DNA of 34,210 nt from Chrysochromulina tobinii (taxonomy: Eukaryota). Positions 21,209 through 30,073 of this stretch are shown in pieces. A model generated the notes under the pieces. It ran no database searches and was not told the origin of the DNA. It saw only the letters and a program-made list of their open reading frames with translations. Location: the NCBI GenBank assembly GCA_001275005.1, contig JWZX01003332.1, positions 1-34,210 of the forward strand, written 5' to 3'. Each line of letters begins with the position of its first letter. Position 1 is the stretch's first letter. The position numbers were made by a program, and so were the translations under genes.

Positions 21209-21462
21209 GTATCAACTCTTAATATAGAAATGTCAGTTTCGAGAACCCACCGCCGCGATTTTACCAAAAACTACTGCGAATATCCGACAGTCTGACTGTC
21301 AATAGTGCTCTCAGTTTAAGGCCGACTACTGCATATTCACTCTATCGCTACGCGGCTATAACGTCTATAACATTGGGCTACGGACTATAATCTATATTCT
21401 CTATGCACTAATTACATTGTATGACGTTGGGCCCCGCTCTCTTGCGGCCTAGCGTACGGCTC

Positions 21463-23916
21463 CTAGATTGATTGCTTCGTCTCTAATTGGGCCTCTACGT
21501 CCGCGGCTGGAACAACCGTAACGACCACCTCCTCATCAGATGATTTCTTCTTCTTCTTCTTCTTCGGTGAAGCCGAGGCAGCAGCAGATGCGGAAGCTTC
21601 GCTCTCAGCGGGCGGTGGCGGCGGGGCAGGCGGCGTCGGTGACGGCGACCGTGTCCGCATCGGTGACGGTTGTACACCAGCACCGGTGCCGTTGACGACC
21701 ACCTTCTTGGCGGGCGACGCCTCGCCTCCTTTCTTCTTCTTAATGGGGGACGCCTCGCCTTCAGTCCACGAAACCGTGAAGTAGATGACGCCTTGAGGTG
21801 TTAGGGCCTCCGCGAAGGTGATGCTATCGCACTCGGCTAGTGCACTCAGAGCCACCGTACACTTTCCGACCTCGTCATCTTTGTCCAACATGCCGGTATC
21901 CTTGTCCATGACAGAGACCGTCATGTTCGCATCAACAACGGCCTGCAACTGGGGTGTCACCTTGAACTGCAGCATCTCGTTCCATGCCGGCGCGAGTGTC
22001 TTTGGCAGCGCCTTGGTCTTCACGTGAACCCTCTTGATCACTGCCATTGCATACGGGTCAGATAGCCCATTGGTGTCGGTTGATTTGAGTCCGCTCGCCC
22101 TTTCAAAGTGAACTCGAAGCACGCCCCGATTGCCGAGCCGTTCCTGCTTTTGCTCATTCGTCAGGTTCAGCGATTGGCCGAGAACGGGAGCTGCTGGCAT
22201 GGTCTCAAACATCCGCCCCTTCTTGAGCGGTAAGCTCTTGCGTTCGTCCTCGAATGCCAAGCGACAGTCCTCCTCATCACTCGTGCCCTTCGCCGGCTCG
22301 ACGTTTGCGAGGAAGTCGGCAAAGTTGATTGCATCGCCCTCGACGCAAGTCATGTACTCGATGAACGAGAGCCCCCCCTCACTGCCTGCCTCCTCGCCCT
22401 GAAACGACGTGTCTGCGCCTGCCATGATCATATGTGCGATCGCATGTGCCTGCTGCCATGTTATTCCCTCGACGTGTGCGAAAACTCGTACGATGTCGAC
22501 GGCTTCAATGATCCCATTATTGTCGGGGTCGAAATTGCGGTAGCTGCAAGCGAGGATCGCTGCCTTCATGCCGATCTCTGCGAATTCAGAGCGCTTGGAG
22601 ACTATCTCAGAGCGCTTGTTGAGCAGCACGGTGGATTGCCCACCGGGCAGCATGTAGAAGGCTACCGTGTCGGCGACAACGTCTGCACTCTTGACCATCA
22701 CCAGCGCCGCTATGGCCACGCTGAGCAAGTACCAGAAGTTGAATTTATAGATGAGGCCGCTCGTGTGGAACTGGAAGAGGACGCCTTGTCGTGTCCGTTC
22801 GACGAGATGGTAGTGCTGCGGCACGCTGTCGTCTGGGTCGGCCGGGAAGACAACCCAGATCGCTTGCACTCCGACACCCGTCCACGTCCCGTACTCGGGG
22901 CGCAGTTTCACCTCCGCGTGGACATCCCGCCTTCCCTCGGAGGTGGCGGGACGCTTGGTGGCTCTGTCGACGTTGGAGTAGAGGATGTCTACGCGCACGT
23001 TCACACCTGTGGTGCGCATCGGCGGCAGATTGCCCCGATCGTCTCTGCGCACCGCCTGATTCTTGGCGTCGAGGTCGACACCGGCAATGTTGAACCATGC
23101 TGAGAGCGGCATCGCCATGACCTCGCCCGCATTGAACTTGCGGGTCGTACCGTTCTTGAACACGACGAACGTTTCTAGACCGGAGCCTCCTGCTGCCTCG
23201 ACGGACGAGCCTTCCCAATCGCCAAACGCAGTTGACGTGTCGAATGCGTGCTCGAGCGACATGCTCAGCTGCTCCACGGCGAGCGGATAGTAGGCCCGAG
23301 TGTCTTGGCAACCGCACTGGCCATTGCTGCGATTAAAGAGGGTGCCGTTGCTGGCGGCGCATGATGCTTCATTCTCTTCCGCGCTGGCACCTGTTGCGGC
23401 GGCATAGGCGCCTGAGCCGGTGGCATCCACGTCTTCGCACGGCCAGCCTATGGTGACAGTCTCCGAAAAGGCCGTCGTCACGAAGGCAGAGTCGGTAGTC
23501 TTTGTGATGAGCTCAGAGGTCATCATGCCCCGGCATTCGGGCGCGGCCATCGCGTAGATGCCCTCGACGTATGAGTAGCTCGGATTGGAGCAGTATGTTG
23601 TCCGCGCGGAGAGCGTTGTGTCGTCGGTGGCGACGAGCATGTTGCCCGTCTCCACCCACGCATTAGCCATCCCGCCAGGCTCTTCAGCCACCGCCCACCC
23701 GTCTTCGAAGTACAGCTGCGCGAGGGCGATGAGCACCGCTACCAGCTGGCACGATCGGTGGATGACAGCAACGAGCGGCACGTCAACCCTAATGTACTTG
23801 TTGCTTCTGTAGGTCAATGGTAACACAGTCGCAAGAGATGAAAGGCCAGATAGACCCCGATGCTGCTTGTTCTGGGCTCGCGCGCTCCAACCTGTGCTAC
23901 TGAAATATGCGCCCAT
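21463..23916 (-). CDS. P2X-receptor-like channel fused to C-terminal EF-hand(s) and a C2 domain (817 aa from the ATG at 23916)
   Basis: YRSNK (the P2X YxTxK motif) then TM1 (IHRSCQLVAVLIALAQLY), a Cys-rich ectodomain, and RQGVLFQFHTSGLIYKFNFWYLL...ADVVADTV matching the P2X pre-TM2/TM2 pattern. EF loop DPDNNGIIEAVD; C2 domain GLKSTDTNGLSDPY...KTLAPAWNE...VMDKD. Confidence 0.8.
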   Translation of the reverse strand: MGAYFSSTGWSARAQNKQHRGLSGLSSLATVLPLTYRSNKYIRVDVPLVAVIHRSCQLVAVLIALAQLYFEDGWAVAEEPGGMANAWVETGNMLVATDDTTLSARTTYCSNPSYSYVEGIYAMAAPECRGMMTSELITKTTDSAFVTTAFSETVTIGWPCEDVDATGSGAYAAATGASAEENEASCAASNGTLFNRSNGQCGCQDTRAYYPLAVEQLSMSLEHAFDTSTAFGDWEGSSVEAAGGSGLETFVVFKNGTTRKFNAGEVMAMPLSAWFNIAGVDLDAKNQAVRRDDRGNLPPMRTTGVNVRVDILYSNVDRATKRPATSEGRRDVHAEVKLRPEYGTWTGVGVQAIWVVFPADPDDSVPQHYHLVERTRQGVLFQFHTSGLIYKFNFWYLLSVAIAALVMVKSADVVADTVAFYMLPGGQSTVLLNKRSEIVSKRSEFAEIGMKAAILACSYRNFDPDNNGIIEAVDIVRVFAHVEGITWQQAHAIAHMIMAGADTSFQGEEAGSEGGLSFIEYMTCVEGDAINFADFLANVEPAKGTSDEEDCRLAFEDERKSLPLKKGRMFETMPAAPVLGQSLNLTNEQKQERLGNRGVLRVHFERASGLKSTDTNGLSDPYAMAVIKRVHVKTKALPKTLAPAWNEMLQFKVTPQLQAVVDANMTVSVMDKDTGMLDKDDEVGKCTVALSALAECDSITFAEALTPQGVIYFTVSWTEGEASPIKKKKGGEASPAKKVVVNGTGAGVQPSPMRTRSPSPTPPAPPPPPAESEASASAAASASPKKKKKKKSSDEEVVVTVVPAADVEAQLETKQSI

Positions 23917-24108
23917 TGGATGGGTGACCAAGTGGTGCAGATTTGTTTGCAGGTCGCAAATCAAGCCCCAAAACTCGTTTATTATTAGCCGAACACCACA
24001 ATGACGCGATTCGACGCCGCGGGGTGAGCATAGGGAAATAGGAAGGTCCGGTGTGTACCGTCGTGTGTCCCGTGTCCTCGCTTTGTGTCCCGCATTTTTG
24101 AATTGGAG

Positions 24109-24957
24109 ATGTCTTTCTGTGTTGACCATTTCGCACATGTGGTCTATTCGATGTGCGCCTGCGCCTCGCTCGTGCGCGAGCAGCTCCCGTTACTCATGCA
24201 GCGCGCATGCACACAATGCTGCATACTCTACCCATGCAGCTTCTTTGTTGCGTGGAATGGAGTGCTCACACTAGTGTATGAGGGATTCCCAGCACCGCTC
24301 GCCAGACTCAAGAGCCACCTCAACGAACCACACCTTCATGTCAAGCCGGAGAATTCTGGCAGCAAATGGCCCAAAACAACGATGGGCGCGCTCATCGACG
24401 ATGCTCCCGAATTCAGCCTCGACGAGCTCCGTCAGCTTCACCATCTCTGCATGCAACACAGCCAGGTGCTGTCTTCGCTTGGTGTCCCGGTGTTCCGGTT
24501 GAGTGTCGTGACGTATGCAGCCCGCGGACTGGAGGCGCAGGGCCGCCAGCACGTTGATCACGTGCCCATTCGGCCGGCACCACCCGTTGATGAGGGCGCG
24601 GACGATGGCTATGACCTTTCAGAGTGCACAGAAGAGGAGAGCCAGCGTGTCAAGAGCGTCCTGTCCGAGTGGGACGACCTTGCAGCCTACCTGCCACGTG
24701 TGAATCAGCCGGGAAATCGCATCAGTTCGTATCGCGAGGCGAGCCCATCGGGTTCCACACTCGTCACCTTCATTGCACCACCACCACCAGACGGGAATTA
24801 CTCCCTCGAACCAGACGGGGACTATTGCCTGCAAAGGGTCACGCAGCTACAGACCGTGCTCCAAGGCTTTCGCGCTGCTGTTGATGCGCTCTTTCCAGGA
24901 AGGTATGCATGGCTCGAGCAGGAATCGCTGCATGTGACGCTGCGCGCCCTTGATTGA
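24109..24957 (+). CDS. Uncharacterised protein, possibly 2H-phosphoesterase-like fold
   Basis: Globular-looking 282-aa ORF; terminal LHVTL resembles a 2H Hx[T/S] motif, and WPKTTMG may be a degenerate partner motif. Confidence 0.55.
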   Translation: MSFCVDHFAHVVYSMCACASLVREQLPLLMQRACTQCCILYPCSFFVAWNGVLTLVYEGFPAPLARLKSHLNEPHLHVKPENSGSKWPKTTMGALIDDAPEFSLDELRQLHHLCMQHSQVLSSLGVPVFRLSVVTYAARGLEAQGRQHVDHVPIRPAPPVDEGADDGYDLSECTEEESQRVKSVLSEWDDLAAYLPRVNQPGNRISSYREASPSGSTLVTFIAPPPPDGNYSLEPDGDYCLQRVTQLQTVLQGFRAAVDALFPGRYAWLEQESLHVTLRALD

Positions 24958-25270
24958 GCGGTTTGGCTACGTCCCGGCATCGGCATGTAAGTACGTACGG
25001 CTCGATCAGACTTGAGACTACACGACAGAGCAGCGGTTTCGTTCGGTTATTAAACGCCGCGTTTCCGTTTGAAACGGTTAAGTAAAAAGTAAAACTCCCG
25101 GTAACCACAGCCTGTAAGCGGCGTCGCATCTAGCTTCTACGTAGTCCTGGTCCCTGGGTCCCTACTCGCTACCGTCTAAACTCAAACTGCGGCCCGCGGT
25201 TGCGGCGAATACATTTATATACATTTCCGGGTCGGGCTCGCTCGGGACTCGGCGCGCCTGCACGACTCTC

Positions 25271-28200
25271 TTACCTGCTCGCACTAATAAGACTACGGGC
25301 GTGACGCCCCCACATTGGAGTTGAAAACGGCGGCCAGACCCAGTGCGCACTGCGCTCTTCTGCTGTTTTGGAACCCGGTGGCCACTGGCAACGCCTTACG
25401 TGTACGCGGCTTGCATCCCGTTCCAGAAAGATGCTCGCTGCCTTGCGAGTTTTGAGCGGGTCGCGCTCGCGGTCATCGGCACCGGTGGTCCCACGCTCCT
25501 GCGCCGTCCTCGAGCTTCGGTGGCCACGCGCTGCTGCACGCGCGGCGCTTTCTTCGATCAGTGCAACTGCCAGCTCAGCATCCTTGGTCACCGCCCGCTG
25601 CCGCACGAGCTCGATGGGCGTCAGGCCATTCTGGTCTGGCGCGGTAGGGTTCGCGCCGGCATCGAGCAGCAGCTGTATGAGCTCGAGGCTCTTGGGCATC
25701 ATCTCGGACATCATCTCTGTCGCGCCACCCTCTGTCGGCGCTGCCTCAGCTGGCTCCTGCGTCGCCAAGGCCGCGCGGCACTCCTCCTCCTCGCTCGTGG
25801 CTGCGGCGAAAGCCCCTGGGCGGCGCCGGCACCACTCATGCAACGCCAGGTGAAGGGGCGTGCTCCATTCCATCTGCGAGAAGCGCTCCAGGTGGGCCTT
25901 TTGTGGCTTACTCGGTCCACACGCGTCAGCATTGGCGCCCAGGAGGCACCGGACCACATCGACGTGACCGGCCGCGCACGCCCAGCACAGCGGCGAGCGC
26001 CTCCAACGGTCAATCTCATTTACAGGCGCGTCGCACGCGAGCAGCAGCTGCACGCACGCCGTCGCACCCGCCCACGCGGCATGGAAGAGCGCTGACCATT
26101 TGTTCAAGTCGCGAGCGTCCCGGGCGCAGTCCTCGCTTCGAAGGAGCAGTGCGAGCGACGCGGCGCACCCGCCAGCGGCCGCACGGTGCAATGCCGTAGC
26201 CTGCGTGCGCGTCGCCGCGTTCACGCGAGCACCCGCTGCAAGCAACGTTGCGACGACCTGAGGACCATGGGCGAAGTCGCACTCGTGCCGACTCGCCGCG
26301 TGCATCAGAGGCGTCGGTTCTCTCCTCGTACGGCTATTGCCGGCGTCGGGATCGGCATTGGCGGCAAGCAGCTCGCTCACCAACCTCCTCCCACCGAGCT
26401 GCGCCGCGAAGGAGAGCACCGCCGTCGCGGCAAGGGCCATCTCTGCGCTCTCAGGGAATGCGAGGTCGCCCGCCGCGAATAACGCGCCGTCGCTGTCCCT
26501 GAGCACTCCCGCCGGATCGTCTGCAGCAGCTTGAAACTCTCCGAGGCGTTCAAAGGAGCGTATCGCATCTGCCGTCGTGTCGGAGGACAAAGCCGCAGGT
26601 GCGGGCAGGGCTGCCCATTGGAGCCACACGCAATAGTCACGCAGCTGCGGCTTGCGATAGAGGCCGCATAGCCGCGTGGCGAAGCGCTGGTTGCCACGCT
26701 CGAAGGCATCTGTGCCTCCAGCGCTCGATGCGTCAAGGTAGCGCCGGAGCTTGTCGAGCATCTTGACCGCAATCAGCGAGGTGCCGCCGAGCTCCCAAAA
26801 GTTTGAGTGCGGCCCGATGGCGGGAACGCCGTGTGGAAGAGTCTCTGCCCATGCCTTGGCTACAGCGAGTTCGGTCGCGCCGCGCAGAGCCTCTTCGGGT
26901 TTGGCGGGATCGTCGATTGCGGACGTGCCGCGAGCAGTCGGCGACGCAATCGGCGGCGGTGGCGACGGCAGGCTGGATCGTAGCAGCTTGCCGCCTGCCG
27001 TGAGCGGCAATCTCTCGATCGCGACCAGGCGGGTGGGCTGCAGGGATGGTGGCAGCCACTTGCGAAGCTGCAGGCGCACCGCCACGTCAGCGCCAGCCTC
27101 ATGGAACGTGGCAAGACTGAGCTCGTCCGTCGCAGGCACCACGAAGAGAATGAGCTGATCATCAATCACGGTGGCGGCGGCACCGGTGATGACCGAGCTC
27201 TGTCGTGCGACCGCCTCAATCTCGCCCAGTTCCACCCGGATGCCGCGCAACTTGATCTGCGCGTCGATGCGGCCCAGGACCCGCAGCCCAGAGCCCTCTC
27301 CCTCCCACACGCCGAGGTCGCCGGTGCGAAACCAGAGACGGCGGGTCTGGAGGGGGCTGCTGCCGCTGCCGCTGCCGCTGCTGCTGCCTCTGCCGCTGCC
27401 GCTGCCGCTGCCGCTGCCGCTGCTGCCATCTGCCGTCTCAATAGTATCCACTCGCCGCCGTTGCAGCAGCCACAGCCTGACATCCTCGCTGCCGAGCCAC
27501 ACGAAACGTTCGGCAGTCAGCTCAGGTCGACCGTGATAGCCCACAGCCATCTGCTCCCCCGCAAGCAAGATCTCGCCGCCAGATCTGCCCGTGTCAAGCG
27601 CCGTGTCAAGTGCCAGGTCGACGCTCGCAAACGGCCAGCCTGCACTCGCTGTGCCGCGCGCCTCGGCCGTGGCGCATGCCCCGATCGTCTGGTACACGGT
27701 CACCTCCGTCACCCCATATGTGTTGGCGATCACGGGCAACCCACTTGGTAGACCGGTGGCGGCGCTCGCGCTGTGTGCGAGCCAGGGTGCGACTAGAGCA
27801 AAAGGCAGCGCCTCGCCGCCTAGAGCGACGAACTGGAGGGACGGGAGCTGCGACGGGGCCAGCGAGAGCAGCGACCAGAGCGAGGGCGTCGCACACACGT
27901 GCGTCACTCGTAAGGCCTGCATCGTCCCGCCAAACGCCTGCAACAGCTGTGCACGAGGCGCCGTGCACAGCGTCGCCCCAGCGGCCAGCGTCGAGAGCGT
28001 GTCACCGATACATGGATCCCACGTGTGGGCAGATGCGAGGAGCACACGCGAGGCGCACGCGCTGGCGTATGCGCCAGAGAGCGCAGGCTGAATCCCATGC
28101 GTGTTGCTCTTGGCTCGGGCGTAGGCGTGCATGGCTCCGTGCGTCACAAGCACCGCCTTTGGCCTGCCAGTGCTACCTGACGTGTAGATGAGATGCAAAT

Positions 28201-28691
28201 GGTCGTCGGGCTGTGGCAACGGAAGCATGGATGATTCGTGGCACATACGCATGCGACCCGCACGCATCGCCGCCTCCAGCGTCACCAGATGTAGCCGCTC
28301 CTCGTGGCCACAGACCTTGGATTCGAGGGCCTCCTTCCATTCACACACGCACAGCGCCAATCGTGCGCCGCAGTCGGCAATCATGGACTGGAGCCTCGCC
28401 TCGGGTGCAGCGGGATCAATCGGAACCACGACACCACCGGCCGACGCGATGCCGAGAAAGGCTATGACGACTGCGGGAGATTCGTCGCAAAAGCTCACGA
28501 TCGGACAGCCTCGGTGCAGGCCCGCCTCATGAAGACCCAGCCCAGGCGGCGACAGCCATATCGGCAAGATCACGATACGTCAGCTGAATCGACGAACCTG
28601 CATCTCGGTCGTGGTGCACGAGCGCGCATGCCGACGGCTGTGCAGTGACGAATGCGTGGAAGTCGGCCAAGCACGTGGACGCCTTCCCCAT
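25271..28691 (-). CDS. NRPS-like adenylation-thiolation-ankyrin protein (AASDH/ACSF4-like A domain); +1 frameshift near 28540
   Basis: A1 LTYRDL (upstream frame, ATG 28691), A3 YTSGSTGRPK, A5 NTYGVTE, A7 FRTGDLG, A8 GRIDAQIKLRGIRVELGEIE, A10 LPLTAGGK; carrier motif NFWELGGTSL; then at least 5 ankyrin repeats (TPLMHAA, TALHRAA, SALFHAA, SPLCWAC, TPLHLAL). Confidence 0.85.
27355..27428 (-). repeat. (GGCAGC)n microsatellite encoding a Gly-Ser linker inserted in the adenylation domain
   Basis: Encodes GSSGSGSGSGSGRGSSSGSGSGSS between the ERF and FRTGD motifs. Confidence 0.85.
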
Positions 28692-28726
28692 ATTGAGGAA
28701 TTTCGTTGGCGACACAGAAACTAGCG

Positions 28727-28746
28727 AAAGCAAGCAAGCACGCACA
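28727..28746 (-). promoter_or_regulatory. 20-bp motif TGTGCGTGCTTGCTTGCTTT, copy 1 (upstream of the NRPS-like gene)
   Basis: Identical to 29630-29649; the regulatory role is inferred from position only. Confidence 0.45.
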
Positions 28747-29066
28747 GAAACAGGTGCAACAGGTGGTCAGTTTCGTCGCGTCCCCCGCGCGCGCTCTCCA
28801 CACCACAGTCTCAACGGACGGCTCCGCACCCTGGTTCACACAAGTACCGGTACGTTGTCACTGTACTCGCGCTCGACATCGCGAGATCTACGCGCCTACA
28901 GTGCCGGTACACATCAACACAGCAACTCCGGCCTCCCCTCCCAGCCAACCGGTCCGCCGGGCGTGACGCGACTGCGACTTCGTCAATTTCGCCTACGCTT
29001 TCGAGCCGACGAGGCGTGCGTCAACAACTCGTTCCCGACATGCCTGATGACCTGCTGCATGAAAGC

Positions 29067-29519
29067 TCACCACCAGCGCAGCATCGATCCCGCGAGAGAG
29101 GTGCTCGTATACATGCAAGCGAGGATACCAAGCCACTTGAGCCCTCCGCCCCTCTTGTACCGCGCCGTCTTCACGTCGAGCGACATGTCCGAGTAGCCCA
29201 CCATGTAGAAGTAGCAGCCGGCAAGGTAGAGGCAGAAGCCGACCGCCGCCACCTTGGGGTGCTTCAGGCCTCCGAGAAGGGACATAGTCTGCATAGACGA
29301 AAGGCTCTCAAACATATTCTGGTGGCCACGCTGCACGCGGTTGAACGCATCAGCCTCCTTGTGATAACCCGGTGTGGCGTACAGATTGGGGTACTGCACG
29401 TCATTCTTCTTTCGCGCCTTCATCACAGGAATACCCATCATGGTCGTCACGACAAAGCTTCCGACTCCGACGGCGAGCGCGACATATCCGTAGTCACCTG
29501 GCACTTGGAGCGTGTACAT
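29067..29519 (-). CDS. MGST3: MAPEG-family microsomal glutathione S-transferase 3
   Basis: YGYVAL..., VMKARKK.DVQYPNLYA, FNRVQRGHQNMFE, GGLKHP, Y..GY; 150 aa from the ATG at 29519. Confidence 0.9.
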   Translation of the reverse strand: MYTLQVPGDYGYVALAVGVGSFVVTTMMGIPVMKARKKNDVQYPNLYATPGYHKEADAFNRVQRGHQNMFESLSSMQTMSLLGGLKHPKVAAVGFCLYLAGCYFYMVGYSDMSLDVKTARYKRGGGLKWLGILACMYTSTSLAGSMLRWW

Positions 29520-29629
29520 GGCGCTTCTTGTTCTCCTTGTCTCGGAAGCACGGACCCGTCGGAGGACCTCCGACAAGTTTTCTGCCCGCAAGTTCTGGAC
29601 GTTTTTAATTAGAGAGTTTCTTCTCATGC

Positions 29630-29649
29630 AAAGCAAGCAAGCACGCACA
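29630..29649 (-). promoter_or_regulatory. 20-bp motif TGTGCGTGCTTGCTTGCTTT, copy 2 (upstream of MGST3)
   Basis: Identical to 28727-28746. Confidence 0.45.
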
Positions 29650-30073
29650 CCTACCAAAACCACAGTTTTCACACCACGGATATTAATATCGAATGGAAAG
29701 CGAAACACTATGCACGAACAACATCCGGCCGCGCCTAGTACGTCGTTTCACATGTCAGTTTGTCAGTCCTCGAGTCCGGTCGTCCGCCGGTGACGACACA
29801 CAGCGGCGCGGCATCTCGACATCGGAAGAAGAACCCAAGCAGAAGCACCATCCTGCATCATGTACTCTCTCTCGCCATCTTGATGCACGCAGTGTATGAG
29901 ACGGCGATGGACCTCGGGGGCCTAGTCTTCGGTCGGCGTGCGCTGCCTTGCGGTCTAATCAGCCACTCAAATCAAAGCACCTCTCGCCATCAAGCGCAGC
30001 ACGCCTCTTTTTGCAAACGGTCAGTCGGCAGGCTATGCATGTCCCAAAGGCGTCACAAAGGCGACCTCTCCCT

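Noticed and set aside
21340..21420. CTATA-rich stretch as a functional repeat or ncRNA
   Set aside because: Irregular spacing and no stable structure evident; compatible with ordinary AT-rich intergenic sequence
23917..24138. N-terminal extension of the P2X-like ORF overlapping the 24085 ORF
   Set aside because: The sequence is AT-richer and promoter-like; family similarity begins only after the ATGs at 23916 and 24109
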